The notes beneath the pieces were generated by a model that saw only the letters and a list, made by a program, of their open reading frames with translations, did not search any database and was not told where the DNA came from. From a virus, in the IMG/VR virus record IMGVR_UViG_3300025141_012985, positions 1 to 64,000 of that record: a DNA stretch of 64,000 nucleotides, one strand, 5' to 3'. Positions within the stretch are counted from its first letter, which is position 1, and each line of letters begins with the position of its first letter. Made by a program: the position numbers and the translations under genes. Positions 48,836 to 58,025 of this stretch are shown here, in pieces.

Positions 48836-49202
48836 TCCATGGAAAATATTTGTAGCTTGCATTTTTTGCAATCTTACAAAAAGGGTTGAATCTGAGCCCT
48901 ATATGTGGAAATTTTTTAAGCTATATCCGACACCAGAAAAAGCATCTAAGGCAAATCCTGATAAACTACAAAAGATGATTCAGCCGCTAGGATTGTCTAA
49001 GAGACGTTCTAGGGCACTTATCAAAATGTCCAATGATTACCTAATGAAAGACTGGAGAGATAAGCCAGAATCTCTCTACGGAATAGGGAAGTATGCCTCA
49101 GATGCGTATAGAATATTCTGCATGGGTGACTGGAGAAATGTTGATCCAAAAGACGGTGCTCTTGTCAGCTATCATGATTTTTTAAAATCTACCGTTCCTT
49201 AG
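48777..49202 (+). CDS. MBD4-like HhH-GPD mismatch DNA glycosylase (catalytic domain only)
   Basis: WIPPKSPYNLIQE...DPWK..VACIF.N.T...YP.......A....L...I.PLGL...R.......S..YL...W...P..L.GIGKY..D.YRIFC..W..V.P.D..L..YH matches the MBD4 glycosylase domain as I recall it. ATG 48777 follows GAGG. Confidence 0.85.
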   Translation: MTWIPPKSPYNLIQEHLWNDPWKIFVACIFCNLTKRVESEPYMWKFFKLYPTPEKASKANPDKLQKMIQPLGLSKRRSRALIKMSNDYLMKDWRDKPESLYGIGKYASDAYRIFCMGDWRNVDPKDGALVSYHDFLKSTVP

Positions 49203-49857
49203 GTTCAAACTTTCTCAACCTTGAAACACCGTCGTCTATTGTAACATACGTCTGGTGTGTAACCCAGTCACCAGCATTGATGTATGTTTTGATGTTTTGA
49301 TCTTCATCAATCCATATGACTGCTTCTGGTATATGTGTATGTCCCATTATAAAGACGTCAATGTCTGGGTGATGCCTGAGAATGTGAATTATACTTCTTA
49401 GCTTGTGCTTTTTAATTTGAATTTCTGTCCACCATGTAGTAAAGTCAAAATTAAAAGTAAATTCAAGAATATTTTGAATAACAGACAAGATCTTAATGAA
49501 CATTCTATTCGCGAAGACTCCCCTATCGTACATGTCACCGTGCTCTATTCTAAATCTCCGCTTTCCTTCTTGAAATTCATACTTTTTGACAAACTTAATA
49601 TTAAAAAACTTTTTACCGACGACACCGACAAGACTTTCGTCATGATTTCCTACAACATATATGATTTCTTTATTTCTGTTAATTGAGCTTAATATTTCCA
49701 TACATTTTTCAGTAAACGTTGGTATCTTAATAAAGTCTATAATATCTCCAGCTAAGATGAGCTGATCAAAATTTTCATTCTCTAGAAACTCTAAAAGCTC
49801 TTCTGATTTATAGAACCTGCTGCCGATGTGTGTATCAGAAATGATAACTCTTTTCAT
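49189..49857 (-). CDS. Calcineurin-like metallophosphoesterase (LpxH/YbbF-like)
   Basis: ISDTHIG, LAGDIID, VGNHD, EHGD, MGHTH, YINAGDW; the only minus-strand gene. Confidence 0.88.
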   Translation of the reverse strand: MKRVIISDTHIGSRFYKSEELLEFLENENFDQLILAGDIIDFIKIPTFTEKCMEILSSINRNKEIIYVVGNHDESLVGVVGKKFFNIKFVKKYEFQEGKRRFRIEHGDMYDRGVFANRMFIKILSVIQNILEFTFNFDFTTWWTEIQIKKHKLRSIIHILRHHPDIDVFIMGHTHIPEAVIWIDEDQNIKTYINAGDWVTHQTYVTIDDGVSRLRKFEPKER

Positions 49858-49885
49858 TGAACAAGCCTTTGATATAAATTATACT
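49857..49885 (+). promoter_or_regulatory. Sigma70-like early/middle promoter
   Basis: TTGAAC-N17-TATACT at the head of the nucleotide-metabolism operon. Confidence 0.55.
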
Positions 49886-49957
49886 ATTAATTATGGCTGG
49901 TGGATACAGTCAATGATTTTTAGTTTATAATCAAATTGAACATTAAGGAGAATAAAA

Positions 49958-50182
49958 ATGAACTATAGCCTTTCAAATGAAGTTATTGCACATCTTGCCA
50001 AAGTTTTGCAAATGGCAATCTTAAGCGGGACTGATGTTATCGACCATCTAAGAATGATTAATGTTACACCGTCTGAAGAGACTGATGGGGAGCTAGTTCT
50101 TACTAGTGAGTATCGTGAAATATCAGATAGTCAAGTTCAAAAAATGCTTGAAAATGTAAGTGCATTGTCAATTGAAGACTGA
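49958..50182 (+). CDS. Hypothetical protein
   Basis: SD AAGGAG; 74 aa. Confidence 0.6.
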   Translation: MNYSLSNEVIAHLAKVLQMAILSGTDVIDHLRMINVTPSEETDGELVLTSEYREISDSQVQKMLENVSALSIED

Positions 50183-50190
50183 AATTTAAG

Positions 50191-50559
50191 ATGGATAGAC
50201 TTGATGAAATGTTTGATCGAAGACATGAATTTATGGACGTCTTAAACCAAAAGATCCCAGGAGCTTCTCCACTAGACCTAGATCTAAGTAAAAAAGAAGA
50301 TCAGCAAATTTGTCGAGATGTTGCTCTTCGAGGTGTCGAAGAAATGTTCGAAGCTCTTCAGCATCTTAAAAACTGGAAGCCCCATAGAGTTACAGATATT
50401 TCTGGATTTGATAGAGAGAAATTTCTTGAAGAAATGGTAGATGCTTTCAATTATTTTTTCTCTCTACTCATTATGACTGGATTTGACGCTGAAGATCTGT
50501 TTAGAGAATACTGTAGAAAAGATAGTGTAATTCATAAAAGACTAGAGGAGGGATATTAG
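50191..50559 (+). CDS. All-alpha NTP pyrophosphatase (dimeric dUTPase/dCTPase/MazG-like)
   Basis: EEMFEAL..LKNWKPH, EE.VD.F.YF, Y..K......R...GY. Confidence 0.8.
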   Translation: MDRLDEMFDRRHEFMDVLNQKIPGASPLDLDLSKKEDQQICRDVALRGVEEMFEALQHLKNWKPHRVTDISGFDREKFLEEMVDAFNYFFSLLIMTGFDAEDLFREYCRKDSVIHKRLEEGY

Positions 50560-50567
50560 CGTCTTTC

Positions 50568-50597
50568 ATGTACTTTAGTATATACCTGAATTATAAT
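50568..50597 (+). promoter_or_regulatory. Sigma70-like early/middle promoter
   Basis: ATGTAC-N18-TATAAT, then SD AGGAGG. Confidence 0.5.
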
Positions 50598-50613
50598 AGA
50601 TTTAGGAGGTATT

Positions 50614-51567
50614 ATGAGAGATTTAGGATATTTTTTTAATCGTCAGAATAAATTTTCTGATCTTTTCTTTAAAAGTGAAGACATGACTGAAGCAGAGAGA
50701 GAGGAGATGACAAAATCTCTTGCACTTGCTCTTCACGCTGAAGTTTCTGAACTGATAAGCGCAGTTAATTTTAAGGACCATAGGCAGCTTAAGAATGCTG
50801 CTGATCCTTCAAAGATTCTATATGAATCAGTTGATGTTTTTAGGTACTTATTGGCAATTTTAAATCTTTGGAATATTGACCCTGGATCAGTCATAGATGC
50901 TTTTGATGATAAAGACATGTTTCTTCACATGAGACATCAAATAGAATCTCAATTTTGGGATGGACAACCCGTCCTTGTGTTTGATATTGATGACGTAATT
51001 GCACACTTTAGATCTAACTTTATCGACTGGCTTGAGTCTGAGAAGGGAATAGTTGTCGACAGTAAATCTACAGAGTACTACACGACTATAGAAGTTAAAG
51101 AAGCTGGGCTGAATCCAGAAGAAGTGTTTGATGACTTTATAGCTGATCGAAATTTAAGACACCTTACATCCGACAGCGGGGTAGTTGATGTTATAAACTA
51201 TTTTTATGACAAGGGTTGTTGGATTCAGCTTCTTACTGCAAGACCAGGAGATGTTCTTCAGTGCAAGTATGATACGTATAGATGGCTTAGTACACTGGGT
51301 ATGAAATTTCATAGAGTTGATTTTAGTGCTGAGAAGTACAGGTGGCTAACAAAATCCGAATATTTTGATTCCGGCCAGATTGTTTGTGCAATTGATGATT
51401 CAGCTAAGCACTCTGCTGAATATGCAAAGCATGGAGTCATAACACTTTCTCCAGTTACTTCATACAATAGAGAGCTGGAAGATGTTGAAGGTGTCATGAT
51501 GTATTATGGCCCAAGTCAGCTAAAGACCCTTATTGACGCACTTCTAGTAAAGGGAAAATTTATATGA
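50614..51567 (+). CDS. Fusion: all-alpha dNTP pyrophosphatase plus HAD 5'(3')-deoxyribonucleotidase
   Basis: N-terminal AEVSEL...NFK.H...E.VD.FRY; C-terminal VFDIDDVI (HAD motif I), LTAR, T..WL, IDDS. Confidence 0.8.
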   Translation: MRDLGYFFNRQNKFSDLFFKSEDMTEAEREEMTKSLALALHAEVSELISAVNFKDHRQLKNAADPSKILYESVDVFRYLLAILNLWNIDPGSVIDAFDDKDMFLHMRHQIESQFWDGQPVLVFDIDDVIAHFRSNFIDWLESEKGIVVDSKSTEYYTTIEVKEAGLNPEEVFDDFIADRNLRHLTSDSGVVDVINYFYDKGCWIQLLTARPGDVLQCKYDTYRWLSTLGMKFHRVDFSAEKYRWLTKSEYFDSGQIVCAIDDSAKHSAEYAKHGVITLSPVTSYNRELEDVEGVMMYYGPSQLKTLIDALLVKGKFI

Positions 51568-51625
51568 AAAAGAGGTGAACAAAGGACCATTTTCGTGTAA
51601 CAATCAATTATAAAAGGAGATATAA

Positions 51626-52627
51626 ATGCCCCAGAATCGTGATTTAGACCCAATTGAGCTTCCAATGAAGCTAAAGTTTGGTCAAGATCCTTCAACTGAA
51701 TTTTTTAACAATCTTTCAGCTCTAACAGTTGAATTAGTTGACCACCCAACGAGAGAGCAAGCTCGAAATGTTGCATGGCAGTATGTCAAAGCAACATGGG
51801 CTGATCATGCTGATGATACATCACCCTATGTCGACGAGCTTCGACCCACTAGCCAGGATCTTTCAGAAAATCTTGAAGATGTTCTTTGTTTCAGGGCGCT
51901 TCCAACACCCATGGAGTGCTTTGGGTTTACATTTAAGCTTAGCGGGCTTTCTTTTCAGGAGGTCACTCATATTATTAGACATCGTGCAGGATCTTTTGCA
52001 GCACAGTGCACAGGTGATAGAGACCTAAGAGACGATCCTGCTGTCATACCAGAGGCAGTAGAAAATTCACCAGAATTTTTGAGAAGGTGGAAGCAGATTG
52101 TGCTAGACTCTAAGCAGCTCTATTCAGATATGACTGACTCAAAGGCGGTTTCAATGATGGATGCTAGAATGATTCTTCCAAAGTGTATGACATCTTTTTA
52201 CTTAATGAGACTTAATCTCAAAGATCTGCTTGGGTTCATTAAGCAAAGACAAGATATTCAGATTCAACCCGCTGCAGATAATCTTCTTGCTGCAATGATG
52301 GCAAAAGAACTCATTAAGGTTCTCCCCGAAGCTTCTGTGAGAATTGATTTTAACTCTCCAGACATGCACTACATAAAGACATTTCGAATAAAGCAGGGAG
52401 ATAGGTGGATTAGTCGAGGAACAAATTTGTACTGGCCTGAGCCCAAGAATGATAGATTTGAATATCATCCAAGTGACACAATCTACCAGTCTCGTAGAGA
52501 AAAGATTAATGGAACAAATAGACCTAGCGGTCCAACTAAATTTGAGAAGATATGGAATGATATTATGGATGAAATTTCTACAATGAAGATTTCATATAAA
52601 AATTACATGAATGGAGAATGTACATGA
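51626..52627 (+). CDS. thyX: Divergent ThyX-family flavin-dependent thymidylate synthase homolog
   Basis: F.F.L.G.S....H.IRHR..SF..Q, DARMILP, NL.DL..F..QR; the canonical post-RHR Ser..R is replaced by QCTGDR. Confidence 0.75.
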   Translation: MPQNRDLDPIELPMKLKFGQDPSTEFFNNLSALTVELVDHPTREQARNVAWQYVKATWADHADDTSPYVDELRPTSQDLSENLEDVLCFRALPTPMECFGFTFKLSGLSFQEVTHIIRHRAGSFAAQCTGDRDLRDDPAVIPEAVENSPEFLRRWKQIVLDSKQLYSDMTDSKAVSMMDARMILPKCMTSFYLMRLNLKDLLGFIKQRQDIQIQPAADNLLAAMMAKELIKVLPEASVRIDFNSPDMHYIKTFRIKQGDRWISRGTNLYWPEPKNDRFEYHPSDTIYQSRREKINGTNRPSGPTKFEKIWNDIMDEISTMKISYKNYMNGECT

Positions 52628-53064
52628 AAGCGTATATTGCAAGCTCTTGGTTCACACCGGCTGCATTTGAAGAAGTTGAAACAATTAAGTCACTTTTAAC
52701 AAAACACAGGTTTGATTATTTTTCACCTAAGGATTTTTTTATATGTCCCCCAACAGCTGATCTTAAGACACAAAGGGAAACATTTGAAGGAAATGTTGAG
52801 CATATTCTTGGAAATGATTTTGTAATTTGTAATACACGAGACAAGGATATGGGAAGTATATTTGAAGCTGGTGTTGCATTTCAATCTGATACTCCAATAG
52901 TTTATTTTTGTGCAGGACTTCCAGAGGGAGCAACATTTAATCTAATGTTAGCACAGTCAGGCGTGAAGGTTTGTACTTCTTTTGATGACCTGGATGACTA
53001 TCTCTCTAGATGTGCTGATTTAGAAATGCTTATTATTGAGCCGTATTATGGAAGTATCGAATAA
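52618..53064 (+). CDS. Nucleoside 2-deoxyribosyltransferase / nucleotide N-glycosidase (NDT/DNPH1/MilB fold)
   Basis: YIAS.WF, FSP, N...I...D, DMGSIFEAGVA, FNLML. Confidence 0.82.
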   Translation: MYMKAYIASSWFTPAAFEEVETIKSLLTKHRFDYFSPKDFFICPPTADLKTQRETFEGNVEHILGNDFVICNTRDKDMGSIFEAGVAFQSDTPIVYFCAGLPEGATFNLMLAQSGVKVCTSFDDLDDYLSRCADLEMLIIEPYYGSIE

Positions 53065-53305
53065 AGTATTTGCTCTCATACGATATGAGGGATCTTTTAA
53101 AAGTTTAGTTGGAATATTTTCTACATGCGAGTGTGCAAAAGAAGAAGTAGAAAAAGAAGATAGGCGTGATGTTCTATTTTCCATTCAAGAGAGGGTGATA
53201 AATTCTACCAATGAACCAGAATATGAAATAGAAGTCAAATATGCACTGGATGGTCAAAAATCTGAGATGATAGTAACAAGAAACTCTGTTGAGAATAATA
53301 GTTGA
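53036..53305 (+). CDS. Hypothetical protein
   Basis: Fills the gap between the NDT and dnaJ genes; 'LVGIFST.E.A' pattern. Confidence 0.45.
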   Translation: MSRIMEVSNKVFALIRYEGSFKSLVGIFSTCECAKEEVEKEDRRDVLFSIQERVINSTNEPEYEIEVKYALDGQKSEMIVTRNSVENNS

Positions 53306-54372
53306 AAAAAGATTATTATGACTTACTGGGTGTCAAGAGAGATTCATCTCAGAGCGAGATCAAGAAAGCGTATAGACAGCTAGCTTTAAAGCATCATCCC
53401 GATAAAAATCCAGATAATCCGAGTGCAGAATTAAAATTTAAAGAAGCTGCAGAGGCGTATTCTGTTCTTTCTGATAGTGAAAAAAGAAAGAATTATGACA
53501 TGTACGGTCACGACGGCGTTGAACACAGCTTTTCTGGATTTGACCCTAGAGATATCTTTGGTCATTTTGAGAATATGTTTGGAGGATTTGATCATTTCTC
53601 CGATAGACAGAGAAGATGGCGAAATGTTAGACAAAGAGGTTCTGATACTAGATTTAAGGTAAAGATAGATCTTGAAGAAGTTTTGTCTGGATGTAGTAGA
53701 AAAGTTCTCATTAAAAAAATAGTCAGCTGTCAGATCTGCAAGGGCCAAGGGTTCAAAGATAAATCAGACACTACTAGATGTGCACAGTGTAAGGGATCAG
53801 GAAGAATTCAGCAAGCTGTTAGAGGATTTATGACAATTGCATCTCCCTGTCACTCTTGTGCCGGACATGGATTTGTCGTTACCAAGACATGCAAGTGCTG
53901 TCACGGATCTGGAGCAATAAAAGAAAGAAAGGATATCAACGTCACAATACCACCAGGTGTTCATACAGGAAATATTCTTAAGCTTTCTGGAATGGGAAAT
54001 AAAGAGTCAACAGCAGAAATAGCAGGAGACGCACTCATAGAAATTGAAGTCAATGAGCATTCAAAGTTCCATCGAAAAGGTGTCGACATTCACAGCCACA
54101 CCTCTATCTCATATAGCGAAGCAGTCCTCGGAACAAGGATAAGTGTCGGGTGTCTCGATGGAAAGTCTGCAATAACGATCCCGCCGGGAATACAGCCGGG
54201 AGAGATAGTCGAGATAAGCGGGGAAGGCCTACCTGTAAAGTTAAACTCTTCAGACAGGGGAGTACATCATGTTCATATTTCAGTAAGTGTTCCTAAAGAA
54301 ATATCACAAGAAGAAAGAGAATTGATTGAAAATCTAGAGTCTCTAAGGCTTAGAAAAAGATTTATTGATTGA
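53302..54372 (+). CDS. dnaJ: DnaJ chaperone (J-domain, Zn finger, C-terminal domain)
   Basis: DYY.LLGV, KKAYR.LA.KHHPDKN, four CxxCxGxG repeats. Confidence 0.95.
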   Translation: MKKDYYDLLGVKRDSSQSEIKKAYRQLALKHHPDKNPDNPSAELKFKEAAEAYSVLSDSEKRKNYDMYGHDGVEHSFSGFDPRDIFGHFENMFGGFDHFSDRQRRWRNVRQRGSDTRFKVKIDLEEVLSGCSRKVLIKKIVSCQICKGQGFKDKSDTTRCAQCKGSGRIQQAVRGFMTIASPCHSCAGHGFVVTKTCKCCHGSGAIKERKDINVTIPPGVHTGNILKLSGMGNKESTAEIAGDALIEIEVNEHSKFHRKGVDIHSHTSISYSEAVLGTRISVGCLDGKSAITIPPGIQPGEIVEISGEGLPVKLNSSDRGVHHVHISVSVPKEISQEERELIENLESLRLRKRFID

Positions 54373-54381
54373 CCCTATTTC

Positions 54382-54410
54382 ATGTAAATTTCTTCAATTT
54401 GGTTTAAAAT
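54382..54410 (+). promoter_or_regulatory. Sigma70-like early/middle promoter
   Basis: ATGTAA-N17-TAAAAT, then SD AGGAGG before dnaE. Confidence 0.45.
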
Positions 54411-54425
54411 TATCATAGGAGGTAG

Positions 54426-57400
54426 TTGATAGTGTTTAATAAGTTTTCTGTGCCCAAGAGATTCGTAGGTCTTCATGCACATGATGGTAGTTCTGTATAC
54501 GATGGTCTTGGATATCCCAATGAACATATCGATTTTGTTCTTGAAAACGGGATGGATGCTTTTGCATTAACAAATCACGGACATATGAATTCTTCTGCTC
54601 ATGCTCACAATTATGCTAAGAAGCTAAAGAATAAGGGCATGGGATATAGGCATATCTACGGATGTGAATGCTATTTCGTAGATGACCTAGATGAATGGAG
54701 AAGCGACTATAATGAGTATCGAGAAAAAGTTAGACAGGAAAAGGTGCTTCAAAAGAAATCAAAGAGTGAGATATCTGAGGGTGATGAGAGTGAAGGTCTA
54801 GTCATTGAGAATGAAGATGAATCAAAGGCAGATCGTGGAACGTACCCATCGTGGAAGAAGCGGTACCATCTTGTAGTTCTTGCTAAGAACTATAAAGGGC
54901 TGCAGAATCTCTTTAGATTGGTCAAGAGATCATACAAGGAAGGGTTCTATAGGTTTCCTCGTATTGATTACAAGATGCTCAAAGAGCACTCTGAGGGACT
55001 TATAGTCTCAACAGCTTGTGTTGGGGGTCGGCCGTCTGGCCATATATTCCAACACTTTGAAGGAAAGAGCTTTAATGAACTAACTCCTGATCTCGTAGAT
55101 GACCCAGTCGTTCTCAATCAAATTATGAGAAAGCTTGAGAATATGACAGATAGATTTGTTGATGCTGTAGGCGAGGAAAATTTCTTTCTTGAAATTCAAT
55201 TCAATGACCTTGTTGCTCAAAATCTTGCCAATAGGTGCATCATTAATCTTTCTGAAAAGACAGGGATCCCACTTCTTGCAACAGCTGATTCCCACTACTG
55301 TAACCCAGATATGTGGGAAGCAAGAGAGATGTATAGGCTGCTTGGAAGAATGGGGTCTCGTGGAGATGAAATGCCCAAGATTCCTAAAAAGGAAGATTTA
55401 AAGTGTGAGCTCTATCCTAAAAATGCACAGCAGATGTGGGATGAATTTGGAAAGAGTTACGATAAATATGACTTCTACAAGGGTAGCGAAGAAGCTGTTC
55501 GCGGAGCAATTGAGAAATCTTACGGAATTGCATGGGATATGTGTGAAGAAGTCTGGTTTGACGGATCAGCAAAACTTCCAAACTTTGGAACGCCTGAGAA
55601 ATCTGCGTTTGCCCAGCTAGTTGAACAGGTAAAAGAGGGAATGGTTAAAGATGGTCTTCATGAAAAACCTGAGTACGTCGAACGAGTAAGGGAGGAAATG
55701 TCTGTCATCAAGAAGCTAGGGTTTGAGAATTACTTTTTAACACTAACTAAGGTATTTGAAAAGTCACAACATAGAACTCTACTCGGGCCAGGTCGAGGAT
55801 CCGGAGGCGGAAGCCTGGTCAATTATGTCCTTGGGATTACACATATTGATCCAATTCAGTATGGCCTTCTATTTGAGAGGTTTCTAGGTATTCACAAAGC
55901 ATCATGGCCTGATATTGACTCTGATGTAGGTGATAGAGATGTTCTTATTGACGTTTCTCGTGAGCTTTTTGGTGAAGACTCTGTCATACCTGTTTCTAAT
56001 TTTAATACTTTGAAGTTAAAATCCCTTATCAAGGATGTCTCTAAGTTCTATGGAATTCCGTTTGATAAGATAAATGCTCTAACTGGACCACTTGAGAGAG
56101 AGGTTATGCCACGAGCCATGGGTGATCATGAAGAAAGGTCTACGTATGTCTTAACACACGAAGACTGTATGAAGTATAGTGATCCCTATAAAGAGTTCAT
56201 GGATGAATATCCAAAGATTGCAGAGCATATTAAGTCCTTATTTATGGAGCCAAGGTCGATCGGTCGACATGCAGGAGGTGTTCTAGTATGTCCAGATCTT
56301 GAGAGCAGCATGCCAGTCATTAAGGTCAGGGGCGAACTTCAAACACCCTGGTCTGAGGGAATGAACTGGAGGCATCTTGAAGAGAATGGATTTCTCAAGT
56401 TTGACTTTCTAGGACTTGCAACGCTTAAGATGGTAGAAGATTCCATCAGACTTATCCTAAGAAATCAGGGAGTAGAAAATCCTACATTTGATGATATCAA
56501 TAAATTCTTTGATGAAAATATAAACAGTAGATTTCATAAGATGGATGATCAAAAAGTCTGGGAATATGTTTACCATGATGGAAGGTTTGTCCAGGTTTTT
56601 CAATTCACAAATACAGGCGCTAGAAACTTCTGTGTTGCAGCAAAGCCCAGGTCAATTGAAGATCTTGCTACAATCACTGCAATCTATCGTCCAGGGCCCC
56701 TTGCTGCAAACGTTCACAGGAAGTATGTAAGAGCAGGCAAGGATATTGAAAATATCACATATGACCACCCTGTCCTTGAAGAACTTTTAAGTGAAAGTCG
56801 AGGATTTGTCGTCTTCCAGGAGCAGTTTATGCTTATTGCTCAAAATCTTTGCGGATTCGACAAGGGAGCATCAGATAAGATGAGAAAGACTCTTGTCAAG
56901 AAGTCTCTCGATATGAATGAAAAGAAGGCAAAAGAAAGGGCTGACCTAAGAAAGAAATTCATTACAGGCGCTGTTGATCTATCTGGAATGGAAGAGGATA
57001 AAGCGACTAAGCTTTATGAAACAATCGAGGCATTCTCTGCTTACGGATTCAATAAATCACATGCTGTTGCATACGCCGTTGATTCGTACTATTCCGCATG
57101 GCTTCACACATACTATGAGAAGGAGTGGCTTGCCACATGTCTTCAGACATGGAATGGATCTCCAAAGTTTGCAAAGATCATAGCTGAGATTAAGTCGCTA
57201 GGGTATAAGATTCTTCAACCAGACATTAACGCCTCTTCAGACGTATGGGTATATAGTGATGAAAGAGAGGGATTTGTTCCACCGCTTACTGCAATTAAGG
57301 GTGTTGGTGACTCTGCTGTTGCTGAGATTATGCAAAATAGACCCTATGATTCTCTTGATGATATTCTGTTTACAGAGGATGGAAAGTGGAAGTCTTCCAA

Positions 57401-58016
57401 GCTGAACAAGACAGCATTTGACTCTCTTTGCAAGGTCGAGGCTTTTGGCAGTGTGTCAGAAATGTCTAGCGGAGAGATTCAAAATCATAGACAGCTTCAT
57501 GATATTATTGTTGGAAACTATGATCAGCTGAAGAAAGGCAGATACGGGATGACAAAAACAGCGCATAAGAAACTGCTTAAGACACAAGGCTCTGTTGAAG
57601 AGTTTGTTCCTAAGTTGATCATTGATAACTACGGATCTTCAGACTGGTCTAGAACGCTTAAGATAGGGTTTAGTGTTGAGCTAATGTCAGGTGCAGATGA
57701 GTCTCTTGTCTTTCCTCCTAAAATAATGGAAAAGATTAAGAAGTCTGAACTTAAGCCGATTACTGCACTCTCTGGAAAGACAAAGGATGTAGTCTGGTTC
57801 TGCATTCAGGAAATTATTGAGAAGAAGACCAAAAATGGAAAGATATTCTACAGAATGAGAGTCTGTGATAATAATTCTGAAAGCTGCTGGCTCAGAGTGT
57901 GGACAAAGTTTAAAGAGGTTCCAGACCCATATACGATATGGATTGCAGAAGTTGCATCAACTGAGTCATGGGGGTGTAGTACATCTTCCTATAAGATGTG
58001 GAAGATTAATGTGTGA
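54426..58016 (+). CDS. dnaE: DNA polymerase III alpha subunit (family C)
   Basis: PHP domain (LHAH..SVYDG, TNHG, GCE, HLVVLA, STAC, ADSH), GPGRGSGGGSLV, FERF, PDIDSD, HAGG, KFDFLG, YRPGP, YGFNKSHA.AY. Confidence 0.97.
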   Translation: MIVFNKFSVPKRFVGLHAHDGSSVYDGLGYPNEHIDFVLENGMDAFALTNHGHMNSSAHAHNYAKKLKNKGMGYRHIYGCECYFVDDLDEWRSDYNEYREKVRQEKVLQKKSKSEISEGDESEGLVIENEDESKADRGTYPSWKKRYHLVVLAKNYKGLQNLFRLVKRSYKEGFYRFPRIDYKMLKEHSEGLIVSTACVGGRPSGHIFQHFEGKSFNELTPDLVDDPVVLNQIMRKLENMTDRFVDAVGEENFFLEIQFNDLVAQNLANRCIINLSEKTGIPLLATADSHYCNPDMWEAREMYRLLGRMGSRGDEMPKIPKKEDLKCELYPKNAQQMWDEFGKSYDKYDFYKGSEEAVRGAIEKSYGIAWDMCEEVWFDGSAKLPNFGTPEKSAFAQLVEQVKEGMVKDGLHEKPEYVERVREEMSVIKKLGFENYFLTLTKVFEKSQHRTLLGPGRGSGGGSLVNYVLGITHIDPIQYGLLFERFLGIHKASWPDIDSDVGDRDVLIDVSRELFGEDSVIPVSNFNTLKLKSLIKDVSKFYGIPFDKINALTGPLEREVMPRAMGDHEERSTYVLTHEDCMKYSDPYKEFMDEYPKIAEHIKSLFMEPRSIGRHAGGVLVCPDLESSMPVIKVRGELQTPWSEGMNWRHLEENGFLKFDFLGLATLKMVEDSIRLILRNQGVENPTFDDINKFFDENINSRFHKMDDQKVWEYVYHDGRFVQVFQFTNTGARNFCVAAKPRSIEDLATITAIYRPGPLAANVHRKYVRAGKDIENITYDHPVLEELLSESRGFVVFQEQFMLIAQNLCGFDKGASDKMRKTLVKKSLDMNEKKAKERADLRKKFITGAVDLSGMEEDKATKLYETIEAFSAYGFNKSHAVAYAVDSYYSAWLHTYYEKEWLATCLQTWNGSPKFAKIIAEIKSLGYKILQPDINASSDVWVYSDEREGFVPPLTAIKGVGDSAVAEIMQNRPYDSLDDILFTEDGKWKSSKLNKTAFDSLCKVEAFGSVSEMSSGEIQNHRQLHDIIVGNYDQLKKGRYGMTKTAHKKLLKTQGSVEEFVPKLIIDNYGSSDWSRTLKIGFSVELMSGADESLVFPPKIMEKIKKSELKPITALSGKTKDVVWFCIQEIIEKKTKNGKIFYRMRVCDNNSESCWLRVWTKFKEVPDPYTIWIAEVASTESWGCSTSSYKMWKINV

Positions 58017-58025
58017 GGTATTAAA

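Noticed and set aside
28938-58016. Inteins or introns in recA, helicase, nrdJ or dnaE
   Set aside because: Lengths are normal, motifs are contiguous, and no intein splice or homing endonuclease motifs were seen.
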